Positions 10,123-16,812 of a stretch of 50,248 nucleotides of DNA are shown here, piece by piece (positions within the stretch are counted from its first letter, which is position 1; each line of letters opens with the position of its first letter). The stretch comes from Patescibacteria group bacterium (GTDB lineage Bacteria > Patescibacteriota > Patescibacteriia > SBBC01 > CAIJZX01): contig JBBTRH010000009.1 in the NCBI GenBank assembly GCA_038065275.1, positions 1 through 50,248 of the forward strand, read 5' to 3'. A program made the position numbers and the translations under genes. The notes beneath the pieces are model-generated. The model searched no databases. It worked only from the letters and a program-made list of their open reading frames with translations, and was not told the DNA's origin.

Positions 10123-11048
10123 GGCCGCAAACGTTGGTGGCGCCGGCCAGCCAGGCCCCGACACGGCTTGATGTCTGGCTGGTTCGCCATGCCGACCTGT
10201 CACGGTCGAAACTCCAACAAGCGATTAAGGCCGGCCGAGTGACGGTCAACGGGAAACCGACGAAATCCCATCACCTCATCCGCCCCGGAGACGAAGTGGC
10301 GGTGCGCGATTTGACCGCGCCGTTGCATGCCGAACCAGCCGCGCCGCCGCCGGACACGCCGACGGTGGTCGATGAAGATGATAACTACCTGGTCGTGAAC
10401 AAACCGTCCGGTCTGGTTGTCCATGGCGGCCCGGGCATCCACGAAGCCACGCTGACGGATTGGGCAGTCAAACACGCGCCGCCGGTGGCCGACGTCGGTG
10501 ACCAGCCGCAGGTCCGTCCGGGCATCGTCCATCGGCTCGACCGCGATGTGTCGGGCCTAATGGTCATCGCCAAGACCCAGGCCGCCTTCGCCGACTTAAA
10601 GCGCCAGTTTCAAGCCCACGCCGTCGTCAAAGAGTACCTGGCGCTGACTCAGGGCCGGATCACCGCTGCGTCGGGCCGGATTGATTTTGCCATCGCCCGC
10701 AGTCCAAGTAAATCCGGCTTAATGGTCGCGCGGCCGAAGAGCACCGAGGGAAAACAGGCCGAAACATTGTTCCATGTCGAGCGGTTCGTCAAAGGAATGA
10801 CCCTGGTTCGTATCCGCACGCTGACCGGCCGGACGCACCAGATCCGCGCCCATTTCAAAGCCATCGGCCATCCACTCGTCGGCGACCCGCTGTACAAAAT
10901 CCGCCGTTTGAAAGTGGAAAAACATCCGGCGCCGCGCCTCGTCCTCCACGCCGAGCACCTGGTTTTCGATGACTTGACCGGCCGCCGCCGCGACTATCGA
11001 TCGCCCCTGCCCGCTGATTTAGCGCAGTTTTTAGCAAGGATTTCATAG
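10107..11048 (+). CDS. rluD: RluA-family 23S rRNA pseudouridine synthase (RluD-like) with N-terminal S4 domain
   Basis: 313 aa with the HRLDRDVSGLMVIAK catalytic motif, the GRTHQIRAH motif, and an S4-like N-terminus (RLDVWL...SRSKLQQAIKAGRVTVNG). Confidence 0.9.
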   Translation: MDQPVGPQTLVAPASQAPTRLDVWLVRHADLSRSKLQQAIKAGRVTVNGKPTKSHHLIRPGDEVAVRDLTAPLHAEPAAPPPDTPTVVDEDDNYLVVNKPSGLVVHGGPGIHEATLTDWAVKHAPPVADVGDQPQVRPGIVHRLDRDVSGLMVIAKTQAAFADLKRQFQAHAVVKEYLALTQGRITAASGRIDFAIARSPSKSGLMVARPKSTEGKQAETLFHVERFVKGMTLVRIRTLTGRTHQIRAHFKAIGHPLVGDPLYKIRRLKVEKHPAPRLVLHAEHLVFDDLTGRRRDYRSPLPADLAQFLARIS

Positions 11049-11060
11049 CTGAAATGTCAA

Positions 11061-11086
11061 AACCCCGAGCGTGACCGCTCAGGGTT
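11061..11086. terminator. Hairpin between convergent genes
   Basis: aaccccgagcg-tgac-cgctcagggtt lies between rluD (+) and the 11104..11838 ORF (-). Confidence 0.5.
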
Positions 11087-11103
11087 CCGACATACTTCTG
11101 AGG

Positions 11104-11838
11104 CTATCCGTTGTGAATTATGAACTGAAACTTAGCCTGGTCGTCAACGGTCGCTTTCCGCAATCCGGTGACGAGGTTGGCGATCTGCCTCCACCCGCAT
11201 GACGTCCAGTAGTTATCGGTGTCCACCCAAGACGTCCCATTCACCCAGACATCGCGCTGAGCCAGGAACGTTCGGGCTTGCTGCACATCACGGAGCATGC
11301 CGAGGTCGTCCGGTAGCATCAGGCCGGACTTGCGAAGCCCGGTGAAGTGGGCGAAGCGCTCGAACATCTGCGGTAGCTGTTCCTCGGTAGCCATACGATT
11401 CTCGGTTCCCATGAGCAGGTCGTGAACCGTCCAGGGCTGGCGCTCGATTAGCACCCAGGTGTTCCACAGCCAGACCGCGGAGAACCTCTTGGACTCGATC
11501 AGGTCAATCCGACGCCGCATCCATTCCGGCCACGATTCAATCCGACAGGCCTGGTCATGGTGATACTCGGACATGTCAGCAATCGCCTTGGCCTCCCAGA
11601 AACGGATCTGGACTGCCTGCATCAGATGGGCGTACTGACTCTCAATGCCGTTGGGCATTGATGCGACCATGTCAAGGACGGAATGCGTCCGCTTACAGCG
11701 CGAGCACTTGATGGCGTAGTCCTTGACCAACAACTGGTCGCAGAGTCGATCGTTTCCGAGGATCGAGCGAAGGTGGCAACAGCGAATATCTTTTCCAATG
11801 ACGAACAGCATGGGTGAAGCCGCTGATGTGCGAGACAT
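11104..11838 (-). CDS. Hypothetical protein
   Basis: 244-aa ORF with no recognisable motif. It is the only long ORF in this interval. Confidence 0.5.
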   Translation of the reverse strand: MSRTSAASPMLFVIGKDIRCCHLRSILGNDRLCDQLLVKDYAIKCSRCKRTHSVLDMVASMPNGIESQYAHLMQAVQIRFWEAKAIADMSEYHHDQACRIESWPEWMRRRIDLIESKRFSAVWLWNTWVLIERQPWTVHDLLMGTENRMATEEQLPQMFERFAHFTGLRKSGLMLPDDLGMLRDVQQARTFLAQRDVWVNGTSWVDTDNYWTSCGWRQIANLVTGLRKATVDDQAKFQFIIHNG

Positions 11839-12155
11839 GCGGGGCTCCTTTGTAGAAGTATGTCGTGAAAGGTACGGCGTCGCAGTTTGCGACCAGGCAA
11901 CCTAGCACACTTTACAATTGTTGTCAACCCAGGGGTTGAATGGAACGAGCGGGGTTTACTAAGCTCGCCCGGGTCGGATAACGACGCCTTGACCCAGCAC
12001 CACTTTGGCCAAAACAAGAGACTGTTCCCTCGAGCACTAATTACGGGTTAAACATGAGTTATAAATATCCCATGAATTAACCAAAGTGGTGCTGGGTTGA
12101 CCGATCCCACGGTCTCTGATAGAGTCCAGTAGCAATTTTTCATCTTCACCTTAGT

Positions 12156-12473
12156 ATGTCCGAGAACAAACAACAACTCACCGACTTGAAGCCCGGCCAG
12201 ATCGTCCGCGTCCACCAAGCGATCAAAGAAGGCGACAAGACGCGGACCCAGATCTTCGAAGGTTTGGTGATCGCCCTCAAAGGCGGACATGGCGTCAGCG
12301 GAACAGTCACCGTCCGGAAAGTTTCCGACGGAATCGCGGTCGAACGGATCTTCCCGCGCCACTCGCCGTTGTTTTCGAAGGTTGACGTGGTTCGCACCCT
12401 GAGCGTCCGCCGCGCCAAGCTCTACCACTTGCGCCAGCCAAACGCTCGCCAGCCGCGGGAAAAAAAGACCTAA
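12156..12473 (+). CDS. rplS: 50S ribosomal protein L19
   Basis: 105 aa. GQIVRVHQAIKEGDKTRTQIFEGLVIALKGG...RKVSDGIAVERIFPRHSP is the classic L19 signature. Confidence 0.95.
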   Translation: MSENKQQLTDLKPGQIVRVHQAIKEGDKTRTQIFEGLVIALKGGHGVSGTVTVRKVSDGIAVERIFPRHSPLFSKVDVVRTLSVRRAKLYHLRQPNARQPREKKT

Positions 12474-12520
12474 CACAATTTTCATCGGGCAAGCGCGTCA
12501 AAACTTTGCCAGCAACTGGT

Positions 12521-12607
12521 GCGGCCGTGGCGGAACTGGTATACGCGCTAGCTTGAGGGGCTAGTGGTCGCAAGACCGTGGAGGTTCGAGTCCTCTCGGC
12601 CGCACCA
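12521..12607 (+). tRNA. tRNA-Leu (anticodon GAG)
   Basis: gcggccg tg gcg-gaactggtata-cgc g ctagc-ttGAGgg-gctag, long variable arm tggtcgcaagaccgt, ggagg-ttcgagt-cctct cggccgc ACCA. The leader caactggt pairs with accagttg (discriminator, CCA and trailer). Confidence 0.9.
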
Positions 12608-12962
12608 GTTGTTTAGAAAGTGCTAGCTTGCCTGCCCGCCGTAGCTCCGAGCGAAGGCGGAAGGGGCTAGTGGTCGCAAGACCGTGGAGGTTCGAGTCCT
12701 CTCGGCCGCACCAGTTGTTTAGAAAGTGCTAGCTTGCCTGCCCGCCAAAGCTCACCAGAGCGCTAGCGAAGGAGAGCGTCGGCGGGAGGGGCTAGTGGTC
12801 GCAAGACCGTGGAGGTTCAAATCCTCTCGTCCGCACCATTTGCGCATGTCATCGCATGACTGGTCGAGTCCTCTCGTCCGCACCAGCTGTTTAGAAAGCG
12901 CTAGCTTGCCTGTCCGCCGTAGCTCCGAGCGAAGGCGGAAGGGGCTAGTGGTCGCAAGACCT
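12608..12962 (+). repeat. Tandem array of about 3.5 tRNA-Leu 3' fragments, each with a hairpin inserted in the anticodon loop
   Basis: The unit is gttgtttagaaagtG-CTAGC-TTG-[cctgcccgcc...ggcgg(g)a]-(A)GGG-GCTAG-variable arm-T arm-acceptor-CCA. Unit ends fall at 12713, 12838 and 12885, and the last copy is truncated at about 12962. None of the copies has a D arm or 5' acceptor strand. Confidence 0.8.
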
Positions 12963-12984
12963 TGTCCCGCCACGGCGGGATCGT

Positions 12985-13016
12985 CCGCACAAACCGTGAG
13001 GTGCGGTTGTGTTTTT
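12985..13016 (+). terminator. Intrinsic terminator closing the tRNA-Leu region
   Basis: ccgcac-aaaccgtgag-gtgcgg followed by ttgtgttttt. Confidence 0.6.
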
Positions 13017-13042
13017 CGTCCATGGTCTGCTACGATAGCGGT

Positions 13043-13321
13043 ATGTCCGAGGGCCAACACATCGATAGCGAAGACGCTGAACGACCAGGCGTGTTGGCGG
13101 TGAAAACCGAGAATAACCACTTTATTGTCACTGTTCGCTGGGTTGACGGCGAAAAATCGGAACTCCATTTTCCCACTCGCGGTTTTCCGGTCGTGACCCC
13201 GGACACGGGCGATCCACTTGGGCGCTTAACCGGCGAGCAGGCGCTCGAAATTATTCGCCGCGTAGCGGCGGGCAGTATGCGCTCCGAATTCTCCTGGGCT
13301 AAACACATCAAGCGCGAATAA
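13043..13321 (+). CDS. Hypothetical protein (92 aa)
   Basis: ORF 12962..13321. The upstream part overlaps tRNA-derived repeats, so I prefer the start MSEGQHIDSED at 13043. Confidence 0.45.
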   Translation: MSEGQHIDSEDAERPGVLAVKTENNHFIVTVRWVDGEKSELHFPTRGFPVVTPDTGDPLGRLTGEQALEIIRRVAAGSMRSEFSWAKHIKRE

Positions 13322-13397
13322 ACCCCGGCCTCATCCGCGACGCAGAGTCAGGATGGTTTGACGATTGATTATCCGGCTGAACCTTGCTACAATGCGC

Positions 13398-13446
13398 CCG
13401 CCTTCGTCCCGACCGCACAAGTGCGTCGGGACTACGGCGGGCAGGC
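13398..13446. repeat. 49-nt hairpin repeat CCGCCTTCGTCCCGACCGCACAAGTGCGTCGGGACTACGGCGGGCAGGC, copy 1
   Basis: By eye it is identical to 14114-14162 and 37719-37767. It is followed by a second hairpin, cgcccgccgaagacttgttcggcggcag. Confidence 0.85.
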
Positions 13447-13546
13447 CCGCCCGCCGAAGACTTGTTCGGCGGCAGGCAGGTGGTTAGCCCGCCCCGCTCG
13501 CTTCGCTACAAAGATCGAAACTCGACATGATAACTGTGTGAAACCT

Positions 13547-13631
13547 GGGGATGTAGCTCAGTTGGTTACCCCGAACCAATGCTCGCGTTAGCTCGCATGG
13601 TACGGGGCAAGGAGCGCAAAACTTAAAACAG
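13547..13631 (+). pseudogene. tRNA 5' fragment with a 43-nt hairpin in the D loop
   Basis: ggggatg ta gctc agttggtta [ccccgaacc...ggtacggggcaag] gagc g caaaacttaaaaca. It then runs directly into the intact tRNA-Val with no 3' half. Confidence 0.55.
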
Positions 13632-13708
13632 GGGCTCGTAGCTCAGTTGGTTAGAGCGTCTCGTTTACACCGAGAAGGTCCTCCGTTCGAATCGGAGCGG
13701 GCCCACCA
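13632..13708 (+). tRNA. tRNA-Val (anticodon TAC)
   Basis: gggctcg ta gctc-agttggtta-gagc g tctcg-ttTACac-cgaga aggtc ctccg-ttcgaat-cggag cgggccc ACCA. Confidence 0.9.
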
Positions 13709-13729
13709 AGGCATGCTACAATACTGAAC

Positions 13730-13984
13730 ATGAAATGGCTCATCTCCCTGATCGTTATCGCCGTCGGCGCGTTCATGGTCATCAAGACGCAATGGATCTA
13801 TGATTTCACCGGTCCGATCGACTGGGCGGAACAACATCTGGGGACGGAGGGCGGAACGCGGTTGTTCATCAAGTTACTCGGCGTGCTCCTTATTCTCGGC
13901 GCTTTCCTCGGCGTGACCGGCATCCTCGGCAACTGGGTGCTAGCCATCTTCGGTGGGTTTGCCCAGTCATCGTCGGTGCAGTAA
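13730..13984 (+). CDS. Small membrane protein (84 aa, 2-3 TM)
   Basis: MKWLISLIVIAVGAFMVIK...LLGVLLILGAFLGVTGILGNWVLAIFGG is a hydrophobic small ORF. Confidence 0.5.
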   Translation: MKWLISLIVIAVGAFMVIKTQWIYDFTGPIDWAEQHLGTEGGTRLFIKLLGVLLILGAFLGVTGILGNWVLAIFGGFAQSSSVQ

Positions 13985-13987
13985 TTA

Positions 13988-14022
13988 CGGGCCGTTAGTT
14001 CGGCGGTAGAACACCTCATTTG
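13988..14022 (+). pseudogene. tRNA-Ala-like 5' half, broken after TTTG of the anticodon loop (outermost copy)
   Basis: gggccgt ta gttc-ggcggta-gaac a cctca tttg, then tcccgcac... The break position matches the next copy. Confidence 0.55.
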
Positions 14023-14037
14023 TCCCGCACTTTTGGA

Positions 14038-14215
14038 GGGCTGTTAGCCCCGATGTCCGGCGAAGCCGGAATCGGGATCCCGACCCGACATTCTGATGGA
14101 GGCGTCGGGACTCCCGCCTTCGTCCCGACCGCACAAGTGCGTCGGGACTACGGCGGGCAGGCTCGCCCGCCAAAGACTTGTTCGGCGGCAGACAGTTGGT
14201 AGAGCGTCCGGTTTG
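14038..14215 (+). pseudogene. tRNA-Ala(TGC) 5' half with two hairpin inserts in the D arm, broken after TTTG
   Basis: gggctgt ta gc[63-nt cccgat...gtcgggac, 14049-14111]tc[ccgcc...ggcaggc plus a second hairpin, 14114-~14193]agttggta gagc g tccgg tttg | tcccgatt... Confidence 0.7.
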
Positions 14216-14230
14216 TCCCGATTCCTAGAA

Positions 14231-14476
14231 ATGTTTTTCCTCTACATTCTACAGTCGAAAACAGACGGATCATATTACATAGGTTCTTGTGAAAATATTA
14301 CAACGAGGTTACTGTTGCATAATCAGGGAAAGGTGCGATCGACAAAACGCGGATCACCCTGGATGCTGGTATATCAAGAAAGTTTCACCACACGATCAGA
14401 GGCATATGCAAGAGAACAACAAATAAAATCATGGAAAAAGAGAGCGGCCATCGAAAAACTCATTAAACATTTCTAG
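14231..14476 (+). CDS. GIY-YIG nuclease domain protein (81 aa)
   Basis: MFFLYILQSKTDGSYYIGSCENITTRLLLHNQGKVRSTKRG...WMLVYQESFTTRSEAYAREQQIKSWKKRAAIEKL has the GIY...YIG, R and E motifs of small stand-alone GIY-YIG proteins. It is AT-rich compared with its flanks and is bracketed by the 16-bp inverted repeat attcctagaaatgttt / aaacatttctaggaat. Confidence 0.85.
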   Translation: MFFLYILQSKTDGSYYIGSCENITTRLLLHNQGKVRSTKRGSPWMLVYQESFTTRSEAYAREQQIKSWKKRAAIEKLIKHF

Positions 14477-14504
14477 GAATCGTGGATCCTCGATTGCGCC
14501 TGGT

Positions 14505-14580
14505 GGGCCGTTAGCTCAGCTGGTAGAGCGTCCGGTTTGCATCCGGGAGGTCGCCGGTTCGAATCCGGCACGGTCCACCA
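14505..14580 (+). tRNA. tRNA-Ala (anticodon TGC)
   Basis: gggccgt ta gctc-agctggta-gagc g tccgg-ttTGCat-ccggg aggtc gccgg-ttcgaat-ccggc acggtcc ACCA. The G3:U70 identity pair is present. The leader gcgcctggt pairs with accaggcgc. Confidence 0.92.
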
Positions 14581-14593
14581 GGCGCAATCGGGA

Positions 14594-14717
14594 CATCCGG
14601 AAGGTCAGGAGTTTCTGGCGGAGCCGGACCAGGCTCCGCCTGGCGAGCCCGGTAGGGTCCACCCGAATTGTCGGGACATCCGGAAGGTCAGCGGTTCAAT
14701 TCCGCCACGGTCCACCA
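14594..14717 (+). pseudogene. Two successive tRNA-Ala 3' remnants, each starting at CAT of the anticodon loop
   Basis: ...aatcggga|c-at-ccgga-aggtc-agg... (14594-~14665, degenerate). ...attgtcggga|c-at-ccgga aggtc agcgg-ttcaatt-ccgcc acggtcc ACCA (14677-14717). Confidence 0.7.
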
Positions 14718-14721
14718 AAAC

Positions 14722-15071
14722 TGGTGCTGGGTTTTTGCCGAAAACCTGCAACTCGCTACTTAACCCCGCACTATGCCTCGTTACACTCGGCAAATGCGGG
14801 GCAAGGAGGCAGTATCCGTCGCTCACCTGGTGACCCGAGGAGGACTCGAACCTCCAACCCGCTGCTTAAGAGGCAGCTACTCTACCAATTGAGCTATCGG
14901 GCCAGGTGAGCGACGGATTAGATGATCGTCAGCTGCTCCTTGCCCCGCACCGGAGTGGAACTACTGGTGCGGGGTACCAATTGAGTCCCGACGCCTCCAT
15001 CGCGATGTCGGGTCGGGATCCCGATTCCCGAAGTTCGCCGAGCGAATTCGGGACATCGGGGCTAGCGGGCC
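14722..15071 (-). pseudogene. Disrupted outer tRNA-Lys-like gene enclosing the intact tRNA-Lys
   Basis: Minus strand: ggcccgc ta gc[76-nt insert 14985-15060]tc aattggta [ccccgcacc...ggtgcggggcaag 14939-14974] gagc a gctg(a) ... intact tRNA cassette ... (g)cctc[cttgccccgc...gcgggg]ttaag tagcg agtt gcagg ... No proper T arm or 3' acceptor. Confidence 0.55.
14828..14903 (-). tRNA. tRNA-Lys (anticodon CTT)
   Basis: ggcccga ta gctc-aattggta-gagt a gctgc-ctCTTaa-gcagc gggtt ggagg-ttcgagt-cctcc tcgggtc ACCA. Bracketed by 12-bp complementary flanks (14816-14827 / 14905-14916). Confidence 0.9.
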
Positions 15072-15114
15072 GAAGGAGAGTAATAAATTATCGCAAAACG
15101 TGGCAAAAAGCAAG

Positions 15115-15215
15115 CCCCGTTAGAGGCGGTTGAGATTTTGTTTTTGAAAATCTCACCAACCGAGTTGATTAACCAGCTCGTTCCGTAGACTATAGTTCTT
15201 CCGCCTCTAACGGGG
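15115..15215. mobile_element. MITE-like element, CCCCGTTAGAGGCG family, copy c (101 bp, TSD CAAG)
   Basis: ccccgttagaggcgg (15115-15129) pairs with ccgcctctaacgggg (15201-15215). CAAG is present on both flanks. Confidence 0.8.
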
Positions 15216-15259
15216 CAAGCACTCGTAGAAAAATACAATCGTATCTTTCTTTGGCGGCA

Positions 15260-15775
15260 TTATTCGCCCAATAATTCGGATATAACTTGTTCTTTACGGT
15301 ATACCGCACTCTTTTGTTCAACGCTTTCGCCGGCTTTCTCTTTCAATTGTTCCATTTCTACATCAGTAGTGATACCGGAATATTTCTGAAAGAGTGTTCC
15401 CGCATCACGAGCGGAGAGATTAACATCGCCATCAACCGAACCTTCGTAGGTATAAGGGCCCTGATATTCGTAATCCCGATCGAAGTTTAGCGTAACTCTC
15501 GCGAGTTTATTAATGACTACTCTATGACCCTTAACCCTTCCGATGATTGTCTCAGCTGGGTACATATCTTCTTTCAGCTTACCATTATCGTCATACCACC
15601 AAGCGGGAGGCCCATTCTTTATCCATTTTAGGGATCCGTCCTTACCCAGCTCAATGAAACGCTCTTCGCGTTTATTTGAAGCTTCCTTTTCTTTCCATGT
15701 CATCCGTTCACCTGCTTTTTCCATATCCTTAATTTCCTTCTCTGACAACGGGCTTGTTTCTGGTGAATGAGGCAT
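15260..15775 (-). CDS. Hypothetical protein (171 aa), AT-richer patch
   Basis: The only long ORF in a visibly lower-GC segment. No recognisable motif. Confidence 0.5.
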   Translation of the reverse strand: MPHSPETSPLSEKEIKDMEKAGERMTWKEKEASNKREERFIELGKDGSLKWIKNGPPAWWYDDNGKLKEDMYPAETIIGRVKGHRVVINKLARVTLNFDRDYEYQGPYTYEGSVDGDVNLSARDAGTLFQKYSGITTDVEMEQLKEKAGESVEQKSAVYRKEQVISELLGE

Positions 15776-15963
15776 ATAGTTGGAGATTAATTAAAGAAAA
15801 ATTTTCTTTTACCAAAATGTGGTTCGGGCCGATGGATTCGGCGTGGCTCACCACAGGTATTTTTCTCCGGCTTGCCCCGCACCCATGTGGTGCGGGGGTT
15901 CCTTGGCGGTCCTTCGGCAGGCTCAGGACAAGTTTTTGAACGATCGCGGCGGAATCGCCGGCC

Positions 15964-16221
15964 CTACCCCAAAAGAGCAATCTCTTTTTCAGAAACTACG
16001 CCCTTATCGATAAGTACTTGAGCGAGCCTGTCTTGACGGCTCTTGAGGATGGTCAATTCTTGGTGCCATGCCTCGGTGAACTTTAAGTAGCGATCAACAG
16101 AAGATTGGAGGTCAGAGAACTTATCCGTTACCCGTTCCTCAATGGCCATCACATCTTTCTTTGTCGCAAAAACCCGCTTTTGAGCTTCAACGAGTTTTAC
16201 GATATCCTGGTCGGTCAACAT
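15964..16221 (-). CDS. Hypothetical coiled-coil protein (85 aa)
   Basis: Charged, heptad-like sequence in the lower-GC patch. Confidence 0.45.
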   Translation of the reverse strand: MLTDQDIVKLVEAQKRVFATKKDVMAIEERVTDKFSDLQSSVDRYLKFTEAWHQELTILKSRQDRLAQVLIDKGVVSEKEIALLG

Positions 16222-16284
16222 ATTGGCAGACTAGGTTAATAATCATGCCCTGTCAATAGGTTTCGTAAGTGTAGCAGGGCTCGA

Positions 16285-16362
16285 ATGGTTCGACAAGCTC
16301 ACCGCGTCGCCTGCAACCCGCTGCTTAAGAGGCAGCTGCTCTACCAATTGAGCTATCGGGCC
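16285..16362 (-). pseudogene. tRNA-Lys(CTT)-like gene with an insertion in the T loop and no 3' acceptor strand
   Basis: ggcccga ta gctc aattggta gagc a gctgc ctCTTaa gcagc gggtt gcagg [cgacgcggtgagcttgtcgaacca]ttcgagc cctgc, followed by non-complementary sequence. Confidence 0.6.
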
Positions 16363-16365
16363 TTA

Positions 16366-16404
16366 GTGCCTGGGATCAGAATCGAACTGATGACGCCAGC
16401 CTCT
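16366..16404 (-). pseudogene. tRNA-Phe 3' remnant (anticodon stem 3' strand to acceptor)
   Basis: Plus strand gtgcctgggatcagaatcgaactgatgacgccagcctct matches the 3' part of the intact tRNA-Phe, then diverges in the anticodon loop. Confidence 0.7.
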
Positions 16405-16530
16405 TTTTACCCAGCACCGGACCTCGAGCTTGCCGAGAGGGATTGGTGCTGTGGCAGGGCGGGATTCATCCCGCCCAATTCCCTGGTGCCTGGAGTCAGA
16501 ACCCCGCACCAGCCGTGTTCATCTCGCCGG

Positions 16531-16602
16531 TGCCTGGGATCAGAATCGAACTGATGACGCCAGCCTCTTCAGGGCTGCGCTCTACCACTGAGCTACCCAG
16601 GC
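16531..16602 (-). tRNA. tRNA-Phe (anticodon GAA)
   Basis: gcctggg ta gctc-agtggta-gagc g cagcc-ctGAAga-ggctg gcgtc atcag-ttcgatt-ctgat cccaggc A. The acceptor helix is extended by the flanking ccggt/accgg. Confidence 0.9.
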
Positions 16603-16659
16603 ACCGGGAAGACGAACCTATTATCGTGTATTGTAAAGCAGTAAATAATTAACTCTCAA

Positions 16660-16790
16660 ACGGCTGGTACGGGGCAAGTCGAACCGCTAGTTTACCCCGA
16701 GCCGTGTCGAGGGGCCAGCCTCTTTCCGGCGAAGCCGGATCCGGCCATCTGGCCGGACAGGGCTGCGCTCTACCACTGAGCTACCCAGGC
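16660..16790 (-). pseudogene. tRNA-Phe copy with a 33-nt hairpin between G34 and A35 and a degenerate 3' part
   Basis: gcctggg ta gctc agtggta gagc g cagcc ctg[tccggccagatggccggatccggcttcgccgga, 16725-16757]aaga ggctg, followed by hairpin repeats where the T arm should be. Confidence 0.65.
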
Positions 16791-16812
16791 AAGAAACCAG
16801 GGAACTGCACGG

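Noticed and set aside
12608-12962. The regular ~106-125-nt repeats could be taken for a CRISPR array.
   Set aside because: The repeated unit is tRNA-Leu-derived (anticodon stem, variable arm, T arm, CCA). It is far longer than CRISPR repeats. The variable parts are hairpins of a dispersed repeat family, not unique spacers. No cas genes are nearby.
13358-14202. ORFs 13358..13591, 14020..14202, 14096..14230 (5' part) and 37649..37942 share the peptide APAFVPTAQVRRDYGGQA.
   Set aside because: The shared peptide is simply the translation of the 49-nt hairpin repeat. These ORFs span tRNA fragments and repeats and are not credible genes.
14216-14593. The GIY-YIG-containing insertion in the tRNA-Ala anticodon loop could be a group I intron with a homing endonuclease.
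   Set aside because: Outside the ORF and the embedded complete tRNA-Ala gene only a few tens of nt remain. That is too little for a P1-P9 ribozyme core, and a full tRNA inside an intron would be unprecedented. I treat it as a DNA-level insertion.
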